Assembly (NCBI GenBank): GCA_976226885.1
Contig: OZ320323.1
Location: 25,978,001-26,042,000, forward strand
Direction of reading: 5' to 3'
Source: Iphione sp. A-MEVVRFRX5
Taxonomy: Eukaryota
DNA: 64,000 nucleotides
Shown: piece by piece, positions 34,747 through 50,030 of the stretch
How the letters are laid out: each line of letters opens with the position of its first letter
How positions within the stretch are numbered: the stretch's first letter is position 1
Notes under the pieces: generated by a model
The model's database searches: none
What the model saw: only the letters and a program-made list of their open reading frames with translations
Told to the model about the DNA's origin: nothing
Position numbers and translations under genes: made by a program

Positions 34747-36990
34747 TTTTTGTTTTTTTTTATTATCTTTATTTATCCTGATACTGATATACATAGAAGT
34801 ACAAATTCTCAGGTCTTTGTCATTCAACATATCGTCACTTCTTCACTATTTACAGATGATGAGTATTATACATATGTAGGTGATATGGTATGATGAAACG
34901 GGCTATAAACCTTTAATACAATACTATATTTTAGCATACTAACTTGTATTCTATGGCAATTTTCTTCAGATTTTTTGTTATATGGTAAATGTAGCCTTGA
35001 TGTTTGTCATCTTCCCATGACCTAAGCACCTCCAGACATAGCCCAGGATGGTGCCTGGTCAGTTCTAGCTCAAGACAATTTGAAGCATTAAGCATTAGTT
35101 ACCCTCTTTTGTTGCTTACCGTGTATTTAACAGACTTAGGTTCCCCTACAGACGGAGCCCAGTATGAGAACCTTAAAGAAGTCTTTGCAGTTATTCTTTG
35201 TACCGCTTATTGCATGCTTTGCTTACAACGTTGTAGGAAGGCGTTTCTTTTTAGACTCATTAGCTTGGATGGAAGGGAGTTCCAAAGTCTGCCTCCAGCA
35301 TAATTGATGCTTCGTTTAAAACTCTCATATTTTGGCCTTGTTACATGAAAGAGCGGCTTCATGTCATTTCTCGTGCGCTCAGATTGGCCAAGCACAGTTT
35401 CCCCTGAGATATGCCTGTTGTACATTATCCTAAGCAGACTCAAATTACGCCTAATGGATAGCGTCGGTAAGCCACATCTAGCTCTGGCTGTACTCGATCG
35501 TAATGCAGGACCCCATATTGTCCGTTTTGTTATAGAGTCTGGACATCCTTTGGAAATTATGTGATCTGTCATCGGTTAGTAGGTAGATGCCATATTCTAT
35601 TACTGGAAGTATTAGTGTCTTGACTAGGAGTATGCGATCTCTTATGGGTAATAGTGATCTGATCTTCCTAATGTATAGTAGTTTGTGTCCCACCCTCTTG
35701 ACTAAGGTGTTAGTGTGCATATTATATGTGAGGGCACTATCTATCATAACCCCTAAGTATTTGTACTTGGTAACATTTTCTAGACAATCACTGCCAAATT
35801 TCAATGTTGGGGGGTGTCTGATTGGAAATCTATAGCGATACCAAATGCACTTACACTTTTCCGGGTTTATCTGTATCTTATTGTCAAGGGTCCATTTCAT
35901 TATGCGTTCAACGTCAGATTGTACTCTAGCAGCCAGTTCTTTTATATGGGTGCCAGTCGTTACTACTACCATGTCGTCCGCATATAGTACCATCCTAGAG
36001 TGTTTACATACAGATACAATTGGGTTTATGAATAGTGTGAACAATAGTGGGCCCAAAATTGAGCCCTGTGGCACCCCGCATGTTATGTTCTTGGGAGAGG
36101 AGATATGGCCATTAGTCTTAGTTCTTTGCATTCTTCCTGACAGATAATTCTGAAACCATGGTAGGTTGTCTATTACTCCATAGTCATATAATCTTTGTAT
36201 GATTACATCATGACTAATCGAGTCGAAGGCTTTTCGAAAGTCAAAGAAGACACTTACAACATTCTGTTTACAATTGAGGGCCATGTGCACCATATCTGTA
36301 AGTTTGCTAATGGCCAGGTCAGTTGAGAGTCCTCTTCGGAACCCAAACTGTACATCACTAAGAATCTTATTGACTTCCAAGAAATTATATAGCCTTGTAT
36401 GCACTAGCCCTTCAAGGATTTTTGCAGGGAGTCCTAGGACACTGATTGGGCGATAGTTGCCTATCGATGTTCTTTCACCAGCCTTAAGATCGGCGTGACC
36501 ACCGCACTCTTCCAGTCATTGTGGATAACTTGTTTAATGAATGACATGTTTATCAGACTCAAGAGCTGTGGTAAGCTACATAGTAAACATCTTTTCAGGT
36601 ACCTTGTCGGCAGTTCTTGATATCCTGATGGCTTACTTTCTTTTAAATTCTTGACAACTTCCACCAGTTCTAGTTCAGAAACAGGCGTTAGAGCAAACCG
36701 GTTGACCCCCCCTGTACATCTTGTATGGAAGTTACCCAACTTTTCTGCAATTTTGCTACCAATGTTAGTGAAATACTCATTGATCAGTTCTGGTACCTCT
36801 TTGCCTGATTTATCGACACCATCTAGATTAATTGTTATCTCTTGAGTGCCCTTACTTCCTAATCCAAGCAGGTTTTTCATCGTTGCCCAGAACTTGCTTG
36901 GGTCATCCCTGTTATTATTGAGGGCTCTCTTAATATACTCCCTTTTTTTTGTGGTTTATCAATCTCCGTGTCCTCCTTCTGGCCTCCTTT
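34747..36990 (-). mobile_element. 5'-truncated LINE copy E (RT domain, 3'UTR, A-rich tail) with three frameshifts
   Basis: DDPSKFW, NYRPISV, VQFGFRRG, DFRKAFDSI, GVPQGSILGPLLF, YADD, KYLGV, RLWNSL; tail ...CAGGATAAATAAAGATAATAAAAAAAAACAAAAA. Confidence 0.93.
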
Positions 36991-38479
36991 GCGGAAAGTT
37001 CGGCTGAAAGTATATTAAGGTTGGTGACAGAGAACAATTAGCAAAAAGTCTTGACGTAGAGAAAGTGAGGTTGAAAGAATCTTGTCAGCTATTTCATGCA
37101 AAAACAAGATAATTCCTCACTTAGTCTCACTTCTGTTTACCAGTCAAACTTGCATGCATTTGGACTTATTTTAAAAACATTGCAGGAATGTTGCCATCTT
37201 TCAGCTCAGTTTGCATTTTTTGCTGTTTTTTGGCCTAATTTGCATGAATTTTGCCATTTTCTACCATTTTCTGACTGAGTTTGCTTGAATCTTGCTGTTT
37301 TTTGGCTGAATTTATGTGAATTACACCATTTTTCTCTATTTATTACATTTCCATGCCCATAAATCCTCGGTGCAGATGGTAAACTCCCACTGTGAATGGA
37401 GTTTATACAGTGGTTATTGGATTTATTTTCCACAATGTACAAACACAGTGACACGGCGACAAGCATGCATGTGATTTTAGCCCTAAAGGAAAAAATAGGA
37501 CCACTGAACAGTTTTAATGAAATCTCCAGGAAGCAAACTTGACATAATACCACAGATTGGGCCATATCCATTCCTTTATCAGTTCTGTTTTGCAGATGAA
37601 CATTTTGGTATTATATATGGTTTAACAAAAGGAACGCATTAAAGGGTTGTGCAAAAAAATCAATGCATACTTTATGAGGTAAAATGGGGCAGTAATAAAT
37701 GTGTAGCTTAACAGGGAAAATGGTGACCGACACTTAGATTGCGGCAAATGACACAAACTGAAAAACAAAGAATATTTCATGTAATTATTCTTGATGATGT
37801 TTAAAAATCTCATTGGATTTATTAGACAATTGGGATTGGTCACTAAATGTAATCAGGATGTAGTGATATTACCTAAGAGCTGGTTAAGTAGAAAAAGAAA
37901 GTGGATGAAACGATGGCCTGGAACTGATGCAAAGCAGATAGGTGGGGAGACAAAACTAATAAAACACGCTGGGCAGGAATTCTGAAGTAGTGAGTCAATC
38001 AAGGTGTACAAAAAATAATTGAAACATATCTAGAGGCGGTACAACTGCAGCTGCAATTAGAACAGAAAACTGGGGGGTTGAGGAAAATGATAAAGAGTAG
38101 TTTAAAAAGCTATAAGAACTTGCTAGAAACAGGGAATTTCAACGCAAATTATGCAGCAATGAATATAAAAAGATAGGAACTGAACAATATGTTTAAAAAA
38201 TAAGATATGGGCGGCTAGTGTTTTAGTTATAATTATATGGTATCGACCAACTACAGAGTAAATGGATGGATGAGGTTAAATAGGTTGATGGTACAAATGT
38301 GTAGGGCTTTTACAAGAGTTGGAGCAAGGGGAATCCAAGAGATTTGAGTTGTAGATGTATACTGTGGGAAAACAAATGTTATTGAAGATTAATAAGAGAT
38401 TCAACGAAGGTCACATATTGTATACAATCAAGAAAAGAAAAGGTAATTTGAGAAGGAAGTTTGGTATAACAATACATGT

Positions 38480-38620
38480 ACTTCGACCTTGTAAGGAAAG
38501 GTTTAAAACTAGTTTTGTCTACAGCTAATGCCTGCATGTGGAATGAACTACAAAACATTAAGAAAAATGTGTGTTGAAGTCAGCAATATACAATATTCTG
38601 TATAGTCATTTTGAGAATAA
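38480..38620 (+). mobile_element. Highly decayed LINE ORF2 C-terminal fragment
   Basis: RPCKERFKTSFVY..ACMWNEL resembles the terminal motif of the other ORF2 proteins in this window; AATAAA follows. Confidence 0.45.
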
Positions 38621-41600
38621 ATATAAAGAGAATGCAGAAGTATATTGAAAAGTAAAAGCTATTAAATGTTGGGATATCCATGGTACTTTCACACATTCAT
38701 CTCATGTTTTGTTTAATATTTCTCATTTCTAAATACTTGTCTAAATGTTTTCGACTCAAATAACGATTGAACGAAAGTTTAAGCTCAAATACCTATAGAC
38801 GTTTCAAGCTTTGAAACAATTTAATTGTTTGAGGCTTAATGTCACTTTCCATGAGAAAATGACAACTAGGATGGACTATAGTTGAAACTCACGTAAAGAC
38901 CAACCTGCAGAGGTGGCCAACCAGGGGGAGAGACCAAAATGGTCCTCAACAGATGATAATGTTGTTCGTGGACGCGCGGTGGGATGCATCTTGATATTAG
39001 AGTGATTTTACATTTTAAAATTACATTGGAAAAGGGGAGAATATAGAATGGGAAATTTAGCCAAATCATGTTTGAAAGAATAAATATTGAATAATAACAA
39101 TTCTTCCAACGTAATTTATTATTTATATTCTGTTTCTTGTCTGTGGTATAGTCGACAGGCTGTATTGTTCTTTGCTCAAGTTTGACATATTTTCCAATTA
39201 CTAACTTGGCCAATGGCTTAATTTCCATGTGCCCCTGCATTGTGTATGGCTGTACAGTGTTGCGAACAGGCTCTCTGTATCGCTGTGCTTGCATGTCTAT
39301 ATTGTACGTATATCACAGTTTATATCTCAGTAGATAAGAATTATTCCCGTTCCAAATATGCATACATGCAGCAAGCATCATGGCAGAATGGGCACACATG
39401 CTGAACGTTACATGAATTCGCAACACAGAGACACGTGTGCATGGCAATTGGGCCTTTATTTCCATGTGTGCATAATGTTTTCCTGTTTCAGCCCAAACAA
39501 CATAGAATCTGAATTTTGTTGAATGGAACCTGTTTCAAAGGATATCGTTTGTGTTGTTACAGCAGAACAAGAATGAGAATTGCGCACATTTGGAAATAAA
39601 GCACTACTTTTCAGGTGTCTGGATTTGCTGTCCGTTTTCTGATGACACAGGACAACTCAGAATCCGTATTTCTTTGAATAGAACATTTGCCAATGAAAAA
39701 AACACGGGTTCCCTCTGGTGAGAGCAGAATACAGACAACAAAAACAGACACCTGGAAATGAAGTCATGCTAAAAATACTATGGTATTTTATTTATTCTGT
39801 GCAAAAGCCATCTTGATTTTGGACGGGTCCTGATCAGAAATGTGTCCTTGTCCATCGTACTTACACCAGTCCATCTCAAAAATATAATAACTAAACGTTG
39901 AAGCAGCAATGGGAGGTCGCCCATTTGTGATATTGATAGTGTTGAGGAGGTGGTAAAGGACCAGGACGATCTATCATTACTACAAAAAGCTTTTCTGCCG
40001 TCAAAGCTCCACTCTATGACTCTAATGCTGCACTGTTGTTAATAATGAAAAGGCGTGGGATATAAGAAATAGTAGACGGAGATAACGTGAGAAATATTAG
40101 TGGCCCGAGGCTAAAGGCAAATCACTGTCAGCGGTCTTGGCGTATAAGGAGTAGTCTGAAAGAAGAACGTGATATAACTTGAAAGAAATACACAGACTCG
40201 TATTTGAAATGTATAGGTCGAAGCTAGAGGGAATTTTATTCCTGATCAGGCTCTATGAAATAGGTGACCAAAATGACCTGTGTAATATTGCATATATATC
40301 CTTTTTTAAGATTTACACTTTTAGCTTAGAGCAATGTATTTGCGTCCTACTTTTAGTCACTGAAACATTTATTACAGAAATTATAGAAAGATTGAAATTA
40401 GAGTGATGAAGGGGAAAGAACTATTTAAGTGCCTTTATCACCTAGCTATAATGCTTTCATTAACCCTTTTCTAGGAGCATTGCATATTTGGCACTTATAG
40501 GTAGTTGGCAGTGTCTGCAGTTCGAAAAAGTGCAAAATAATATAAATTGACATAGAATTAAACAGGGACCCCAAAATATACATAAAAACAGCAGTATTAT
40601 AACATGCTTTCATATCTTTTCTATTTTCATTGCATAATCAGTCTAGTTCTTTTGTTATTTATTGAAATATTCCTATACCAATCTCTTTCATGTGCAGTTA
40701 TCCTTATAACTGCAACACCCTGTATTCTATATATTTAAACTCACCCTTCCATGCTTGTATTTATATATAAATCGATAAATCGGTAAATATATATAATATA
40801 TTTATCGAGTATTTCAGTGAGGCCTAGCAGCATGTTTCTAGGGAAACAACTTTCCCAGACTAATTTTCATTTCACCATGCGTAATGATTTTCAAGACAAC
40901 GAGAAGATATTAATGCAAGTTCTTAAATTTCAAAGCTTGGCGCTCAGCAAATGTATTCTCCTGTTTTCCGTTCGAAAATGATTCCCAGAAAGAACTAAGT
41001 CGGCTTTGATCAGTTCTATGGATAGAACAAGACTGACGACCACACACTTTCGCTCAATGATCAGTTTCCACGCACCTGAATGGCCAGACGAAAATAATGT
41101 AGTATTTTGTTTCCCCCTCCCCACTAGGGGATGGGGCCTGGCACCTCCCACTACACCTCGTGTTATTGCTTCAGGCTGTTATGCCTAATAAGGTATGGTA
41201 GTTAGTGGCCTTAGTGTCACACCCACAGTCTTTGTGGTGACACACCTGGTTCAGGAATGGAGGGTGAACCGGTTCACACCTAGCTGATTTACGTGAGGTC
41301 TACCTTTGTTCTAAAGGTGGAGTTAAATTTAAACAAGAACCGGATTCTCTTTAACAGGGTGGGGCTTATCTGTTGTCGGTTGTACCGATTATCGCACAAA
41401 AAAGGCTTTCGTGAATGACCGAGGAATTTTATGTAATAATAAGCAATATAAATAACATCATTTACAGTCTCGGTATGAAGATCAGAGGTTTAACTTGAAA
41501 TACAAGCAGAGAGGATGAAGATATGGGTGATATCTGTGATACATACAAAAACCTGAGGCAAGTTCTACAACAGTAACTTATACTGTCAAGACTCGATTTC

Positions 41601-44600
41601 CCTACGTCCATTGTCGGAAACTATGCAATTTGACTATGATTCTGTTACCAATGGGTGTTTCGGTAACGAAATGCACACATGACTAAATACATGCATATAA
41701 ATTTATTCAAGTTTAGAATGATAAAAATGCACACAAACAGCAACCAGTTGGATATTGAGTCCTTACTCTATACAGTAGCAAGCGTCTCTCAGTGACACCA
41801 AACTGTCCCTCATTTAGATTTTTACCTTCCAGATACTTTATATGATATGTAATAAATGTACATTTACAATTTCATTCTTTCCAAAGGCAAGTCTCATTTG
41901 AAGTACGTTCCTGTTATTTTGGGTATGTCCGTATTTGATATATACATGTATCCCTACTGAAGGTGTGTCCCTATTGGAAGTGTGTCCTTACGGGAGGTTT
42001 TGGTGGCGTGTCTCTACGTTGACTTTCCCAAGAACTGGTATTGTGCTGGACGTAACTTTGAGAGAAACTAGAGGATCGAAATATTCACAAGGCATTTTCA
42101 ATTCATTGTAGCCTAAAAACGTACTGCCTTCATATGTGCGCGTGCGTCTCATCCAGCGAAACAGACACATAATAGCGCCGCTGGAATGGTTCGTTAAAAG
42201 GTAACTCTTATTGACTTGCCTGAATGTCCATTTTCTGGAGAGGAAACGTTGGGAAAACTGTGAAAACATCATTCCTGTCTCTCGCTTTTCACAAGATCCT
42301 CTTAGCTCTCAGACCTAGGATACTGTCAACAACGATTAGATTTCACATCCTTGATCGAAAAGGGAATTTTTTTGATAAATATCCGACATTTAAATCGCAC
42401 GGTATCAGTCTTAGAAGGGGCAGCTACAGAAAACCGAAATGGCTTTCTTCAAATATTTTCGTCGCATATTTAGCAGAGCCTATATCCACCGAATCTTTAT
42501 ACACATATCTCAGTTTAGACGGGTCCCTGGGACTTGCCTCTAGATGTATTAAGTCCAGCTCCTGCTGTTTGATCCAGCCTTGAGGCCAAATGCCCACGCG
42601 GGCAAAGTTCGAATATCAGATGAATTTAAAATTTTCTTTACCATTACTACGCATTGCTTGGTGTCCATATATGCTTCATGCTTCATTTGATAATCATATG
42701 ATCAATATATGCTTCCCTGTCTGAGAATTTTCATGTTTCGGATACGACATCCAATATGCAAGCTTCGTTCACATAGGCATCCAGCCTTGCAGTTCTACAG
42801 AAATTTCAAATATCCAATTCTATTTTCTCTAACAAATGGTAAGATTTTGAAAAGAAGACAAACAACCCCCCCCCCCCTGCTTGATCCTAAATTCCACAAT
42901 TAATGTCGCTGGACTAACTGATGATACAAATGAATCATTTTTTAACACACAAAGAGGACATAGAAGCGGTCATTTGCAACAAGCTTGGTTACTTTATAAA
43001 TAATTGTCCACCATCTATGAGGGTTCAGAGGTGAAGCCTAGTAAAGGAACAGCCTCTGCTATGTGTGTATGTCTGTCTCACTGACAGGTGGCGGAGCTTT
43101 AGGCTTCAAAAGTCAGTAGGGGGGAATTCAGTAGATACGGACTGAAAAACAAAACCTTCTGTCTATGGCATTGGTACGCAGGGTAATGTACGCCCACCCA
43201 TTGCCTGTACTTCAAATGCATCCTTAAATATATATTATACCCCAAGAAAAAAATTCTAGTTTAGCCTCACTATACAAAGATAAGATATGTACGGTACGTG
43301 TTCCTCGTTTACTGTCAAGTGTGCATACCAGTCAAGGGTCCTCATTGGTTGGCGTTGATTGGCCTGAAGGCGTTAAAAACAGGAGAATGACGGCACGTTA
43401 TCAACTTTTGGCATCATTACCATCCTGAGGATATTACTCTTGTCTCCAGTCGTAACTGCGTACAAGAGAGGGCGCTAGATAGGACGGGAAGTGGGGGCTT
43501 CGTTCCGAGACCACAACGTGACTTCAGTTTGAAGATACAATTCTTTCCATTCGGGGCTTCAGTGCTGTATGGAGAGAAATGAAGTTAAATTCTTGGTTAC
43601 GGAAAGGTATCCGTTCGTTCTGCCGGTCTCACTGACTCTCTCATCACTGTAACTGAAAGTGAAATGTTTGAGGGAAGATCTTGACCCTGTGTAATTAATA
43701 CTAAAGAGAACTGCACCAGACTTCGCTTAATTCTACTTTTACTGGTGTAATATCTTATTGGTGTAAAGTTTTCCGTCTGTGGCATTGTCTTATCCTTAAG
43801 AGGATATAGGTGAGGTCGCTGGGTATCATTTTCTATCCCATTGTGCCCACAGAATTGAAATGACTCCAAAAACCAAGCATTACCACCACCACTACCACCA
43901 CGTTTAAGTCCACCCACAACAGAGAAAGACACAATCTCCCAGGTGCAGTCCTGGATTCACCCCTTGTTAAGAACAAAGATAAGTCAACAGCCTCTCATAG
44001 GTACATGTCAAATGAGAGACAGATTGCTTGGGCACGTCTCCAAAGATATGGTGAAGAAAACGAGGTTGCAGGTCTTAGCTGGGAGTGATAGGCCTTCAGG
44101 CGCCGTTCGCAATTTCTAATAGCTTCGTTATCGCTCATTCACTCGCCCCACCGCTAGTAACAGCGGGAGGAGATCAAAGCCAGTTACCAGTTGTAGTCCC
44201 TCGGAACTACCGCACACCTCTGGAGGAGACGCCACAAAGTGACAGAGTATTTATTGCCGATACCAGTCTCGCTGATTTGTCGTACGGTTCATAGGGAGGT
44301 GCCTTTGCCTGTAAAACAGTGTGGATGTGTAATCTAGACACCACTCCTTGAACGAGAGGAAGGAGGTGGAGGGGGAAAGGCGAAAAAAGCGAAGAAACTG
44401 ATGAAGGATTTGTGAAATATGTGAAAACTGATGCAAAATAATGAGCGCAGTGGAGTCGTAATAAAGATGGATTACTCTCGCTTCGCATTTCGCCTCGATT
44501 CGTTCGGGCGTTGTGACACCGGGGTATAAATCCGCGAGCTGGTCCCATCCCTCCCCCAGTCCGTCGACCGACACCGTTTGTGCTGGCCTGGTCCTCTCCT

Positions 44601-47600
44601 AATCTCGCAGCACCAATCACCAGCCTCCGGAGAAGCAGGCGGGGCAGACCGGAGACCACCACAACTGTGAGGTCAAAAGCCATCAGGACAACCGTATTAC
44701 CTATTCTTATAACTAGAGGAGGGAGCAAAAGGACCTCTGTTGTGTGGAATTCCAGTAGTTTTCAGGCGATGGTGGTGCTGTGAAATAAGACATTTTCTCC
44801 TGGACATCTGAGGAGAAGACCACCCACGGTAGGCGACGAAGCATATGGAAAAGTGGTGGAATACACTTAGGGTCAAGTTCGGATCACCTGTTTTCACCAC
44901 GGTAGGTTGCGTCAGGAAGTACGGCAAGGCGGACCTGTGGGCTTTCACTCAAGCATTCGTAAAAAGGTCATTAGATGTACCCGGCTGAACGTTTCTGGAG
45001 TCATGTACATACCGAGATTGGTTGGTCAAAGATGGAGGGCCGGAATGGAAAAAGAGAGAAAAAAAATCACATACATGCAGTTGAATTAATCTATCTGTGG
45101 ATTGGAGAGGCAAGGAAGTAGAAGTAGCTTTAGATATTATTCAGTGTAGTGTATGTGTTGCCGTCAGTGATATATCGTTTGCGTGTCGTAAGGGTAGTCT
45201 TTCACATTGATATGGCCCAGAGAACCCTGACGGACCTTCAACTTTTGACTGTCAAATTGATTCTAACGAGAGGAACGCCTTATGTGATTGCCTCTAACCA
45301 CAGCGCATCGGTATAATTTAAAGGAGCCACTGTCTTAATGACCATAAAAACACAACACGTTAGTTTTTGCCAATCCTTGTGAAAGGTCAAAGGTGCCTAG
45401 GCTAGACTGCTTCTTGGTTGGCTAGGCTATACAGCTACGTGGAATCAGTAATAAGAAACAAATGGTTTCAGCTATAAAAACAGCCAATCAGTTGACTTGA
45501 CATGTTCAAATGTAGCATGTGAGGTAGTGTGAGTGTATGGGGATGTTAGACGAAGTAAAAATCATCAGGCTATTCAGGCTTTTTCATGCCAAGCGGAAAT
45601 TGTTCAGGCATAGAGAAAACTCATATGGTAACGACCCCATGTGCGAAGGGTGATCAGTAGCTTCTTTCCTAACTGATAGTGGAAAGATGTACTGCAAAAC
45701 AGAGGAAGGTTTAACACGTGTTTTTGCAACTAGAACTCCCTTTGCATTGGCATCTCAGAGTAAGTAACAAGTTTTCGAGGTCGTCTATGACCCAGGCTAT
45801 GACGAAAGTGTATTATGAAAGCTGATTTGAAATGGGTGATATCAACATGTAAATTCATTAAAATGTCTATTATCGACGTATTTCTCCGACCTTAATCTTG
45901 GTGATTCCGCCAACGTACTAGCCGGTACCTGCCACGTTTCATGTATTTGAACTTAGATAGGTATTATATATCTGGACCAGTAAAGCACTGGAAACCACGT
46001 TATTGGAGAGGTCAACGTTTATAAACAACCAATTGGAATGAAACATACAGAACGATAAAAGATTTATCTCATATCATATTAGATGTACCATCGCCTGTAC
46101 GAATCCATCAATTATAAGGTGTTCAAATGTACGAGGCTATGGTTTTATAATTAAGTTACAGGATATTTGGTGGTCTTTGCGATTTAAGTTAAAGACTGTG
46201 TTGCTATATTTGATCAAAACTAAGAGCTATACATCCAGCTGGTGAATACCCGTTACCTGACCTGTTAACTATTGACCCATTGCTCCGAGTCTTAGACATT
46301 ATCCATCCTTAAAATTTTTCCTTAAGTGCTGAAGCTTCTAAACGTTCTATATATTCTAGTTAAGCAGAAAGTTTCACCATTCAGCAAGGGTCTGTAGCTA
46401 GTAAATGCTTTAGCGACTCCAGCAGTCAAAGGCATGTCGGCACTATCAAAAGCTCTCAGCAATAGCTCCGTTGTGAGTCTTGCAGGAAGTCATAAGGTAG
46501 GCTTTTCTTAATCATCATGATTTAAGATGAGAAACAGGAATTCAAACATTCAGGGTTTTAACTGAACTAATGAACACATGGTAGTTTCGCACCGCTTGTC
46601 GGAGGCAGTAGCCACGTAGGAGAAATGTAACTGACACACAGAATACTCCAGGGTCCTATTAGAACTACAGGTGGCTCTCAATTAAGAGACTACCTGTAGG
46701 TCTCGATAAATCTGGTCTCCTCTGAGGTCTCTTTGTTTATTGAAATAGTACTTTTAGTTCTATCAAAACAAAGTCTCTCCCCCTTCTGGTCTCCTCTCTG
46801 ATCTGGTCTTGACTGAGAGTTCATTGTATAGGGCATTCTGTACCCAAATCAGCTCCCGCTAATCTGACTCGCACGTTCGTCAGTCAGGGGCACAAATCAT
46901 GTGAACTGCAACTATATCAATGGAAGAACGCAGTACTTCAACTCATACATATCAAACACAGGGAACATTTGATCAGCCTAGAGTGCCTATTTTGTATGTT
47001 TCTGTTTTATGGTTCTGAAACTACGATGCTTTAAATACACACTCAGGCATTGATCAATGTAATCTGACCACGGCTTAGATTCTCCAAAACAGGTCTATAT
47101 CATCATGTAGAAGATAATTTTACTTAGAAAACTGATCGGTCAATCCTAGCCATTCATCCCGGAAAATGTACCAAAGTATATTGTTCCAGTATTGTTCAGA
47201 ATGTAGGTGTGAATACACATCAAATATAACAAAGTAATTCGATTAGAACTACGCAATTAATATATGACTAGGAAAACTTGCACCTACACCGCATGTATCA
47301 AAACCTTCTCACGTAAATGTACTCCCAATCTTAACAAAATAGTTATTGATCGATTTAATATTTTGTGAACGTCAGGATGGGACGTCAGGATATTAATGCT
47401 AACATCTGCATGGAAACCTCAGATCGCAACTATATCTGCTGGGCAGACCTAGTGATCCCCTCCAGGGTATGCTTTGTTAGCAGAGTTTAAGTACAGGCCC
47501 GTGGCTGAGGGGGATCCAGCTTGGTCCCCTTCCCCTTCCCGCTCATTCATATGTCTAAAATGATAAGAAAAATAATAATACAATATATTACCAGAACAAT

Positions 47601-47824
47601 TCTTTGTCTTCTCTTCCTCCGTCGTCGCATCAAGCTGCAAAGCCTGCTTGCGGTCTTCGCAGTGATACAGCACGTAGAACTCTAAATCTCATTTCGTCTT
47701 TTTCAGAAAATGCGGACCATATACGGTTAATTATATATTTTCTACAATGAAGTCTACAACAGCATCGCTGGACAGGGCAACCAGATTAGGTATCTGACCA
47801 ACGGCTATACGTCTACAGGATAAC

Positions 47825-47897
47825 ATGACGATGGAAAACGTTGCAAGCAACATTGTGCTCCTCTTCTTGCATCTCCTGTATATGCTACCCGGTAAAG
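47825..47897 (+). CDS. Calx-beta repeat protein, coding exon 1 (signal peptide MTMENVASNIVLLFLHLLYMLPGK)
   Basis: ATG, hydrophobic core, G|GTAAG phase-1 donor; joins in frame to the next exon. Confidence 0.7.
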
Positions 47898-48143
47898 GTA
47901 AGATGGACATCCCTGTTTCCTTTCCACGAAAACACACGTTTAGAATTTTTCATAGTGGGGTAAGCAAAGATAATAAGATATGTCCACGTTAGGCATTACC
48001 TGTGCATTGAGGTGAAGTATAATAAAAACAATTGTGAAATTCGACCAATTTTCTGATCTATGAGTATTCTCATGGATTCAGTCCAGTCATTCATCATTCT
48101 TATTGTTTTTGTTATTATCATTATCATCATAATTTTTCATCAG

Positions 48144-48252
48144 CTGAAACAGCCGGGCTGTCCTTTGTGAACACCACTGCTGTTGTGATCGAGGGCGTGG
48201 ACGCGGTGGGCCTGCTCCTCATTGAATATGCCACGGTTAACAACCCTTATAC
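48144..48252 (+). CDS. Calx-beta repeat protein, exon 2 (domain 1, N-half)
   Basis: catcag| acceptor; ETAGLSFVNTTAVVIEGVDAVGLLLIE; |gtatgt donor; 109 bp, phase 1-2. Confidence 0.75.
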
Positions 48253-48540
48253 GTATGTACAATTACTGATCTTTTATAGCGGATTCTTATACAAGGGAAA
48301 GGAATGGTCATGTAGTGTCAGCGATTAGGAATGAGGCGGCAATGTGGTTTCGTTTGTATTGTTTTATTTGGTGCTATACAGTTCGCTAGATATTTGTGCG
48401 ATGATATGTGGGCACTCTTGGATAGGGCAAAATCCTTTTTGCAGATTATTTTTCTTTCTCAGACACTTAAAGCTGAATACATATATTACTGAAATACAAT
48501 TGACATGTTTTTTTTCAAAATGGAAAGGTATTCGATACTC

Positions 48541-48633
48541 TGTAGTATTCTTTATTGTTCTGTATTAATTCATTTTCATTTTGTTTGTAGTATTCTTTAT
48601 TGTTCGGTATTAATTCATTTTCATTTTGTTTGT
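48541..48633. repeat. 45-bp tandem duplication in intron 2
   Basis: TGTAGTATTCTTTATTGTTC... at 48541 and 48586, one mismatch. Confidence 0.9.
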
Positions 48634-49818
48634 GGGAAATTAGTAGCTAACTCAATGTACAATGCTCTTGTAAATACTTGTCGTTTTAGGTTACATCGAA
48701 TAATAACTAAATTTTGAACTAGGAGTGAATTTTTACTGTAAGACCCTTCGTACAGACGCTGTCAGTGGTACTTGGCGATGACAATAGATGTTAACTAAAT
48801 TTACATGTTAACATAAAAGTACAGCGAAGCATGTGTAGGAGAGATATGCAGAGAGAGCAAAATGGGCTGTGTAATCCAGCTGAATCACAGGATCTCTCTC
48901 TAAATGTCCATGGACATTACCCTCTTTACCTGGATGGTTCATGCATGTTAGATCGAATGCACAAAATACATGGCCAACTTAAAAAGTGTACATAAAGCAG
49001 AAGCAAAGCAGGAGGGTCTCGGCCCCCGTTGAAAATGGTCCCTTTGGTGGTGGGTTTGGGGGTAAACATAAGATAGAGATAAATGGCTTCATTCTTGTTA
49101 AGTTTCCCCCATTTGAACGGATGGCCCCTGTTCTGTGTAAGCCCTGTACCGGGGTTCTACTGTAAATGCATGTAAATAACTTACATGTATTTGGAGATGG
49201 GTAAGGCTGAATTTCCTTGGATCCGTGTATTCACGGCTGTATTTTATGGCTGTATTTTTATGGCCATGTTTGTCTTCTTTCACTGTGAAAGCAGATCATC
49301 TATGTTATGTTTTAATAGCTGTGAAAGTGCCGATTTCAGCAGAAAAAACAGCCCAAAAAGCAGATAATTTCAGGTAATAGTGCCAAAAACAGACGAAAAT
49401 GACAAATGTCAAGTATATTTGGCCAGCGAGTGGCAGATTTTATGGAACTTTGGCACAAATATGGCAATTTCCATGTGCATTTAGCCCCCAAAATGGCTAT
49501 TTTCATGAACATTTGGTCCAAAACAGCAAAATTTTGTTTTGCATAAAAACTTGGATAACAAGGCTATTTACATCTCACGTTTCTTATACTACTCTGGAAA
49601 ACATAGCCAAGTTTCTGTGAAATTTGGCTTTCCGAATTCAAAACATGCTGTCACAGCTGTGGAAGAATGACCATATTTCCAAAGTGGAAGGACACAGTTT
49701 TGCATAGTCCCCCCCCAAAAAAAAGGAAAAAATCAGGAAAACGTGGAAACACCTGCCCAAAGAAAATTCTGCCTTAGAGCAGTCAGGTAAACATTATTTC
49801 ATAATCATTTGCTTTCAG

Positions 49819-50030
49819 TGTGTTCCTGACAGACCTAACTGCCGTGCAGAATATAGACTTCCGTGGAGAAATGCAATTCAATATCTCCAACACAGACACG
49901 TACGGAAGATATACTTTTGAAATAATAGATGACGACTTGGTGGAAGACGTTGAGGTGTTTAGAGTCCATATAATGGATGTCACTGGGGAAGGAATCAATA
50001 TTTTGATCCACATCGAAGATAATGACCATG
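49819..50030 (+). CDS. Calx-beta repeat protein, exon 3 (domain 1, C-half)
   Basis: tttcag| acceptor; IIDDDLVEDVEVF..IEDND; |gt donor; 212 bp, phase 2-1. Confidence 0.88.

Noticed and set aside
46480-46950. Solo LTR
   Set aside because: Has a minus-strand AATAAA and short repeats, but I could not define TG...CA ends with a TSD.
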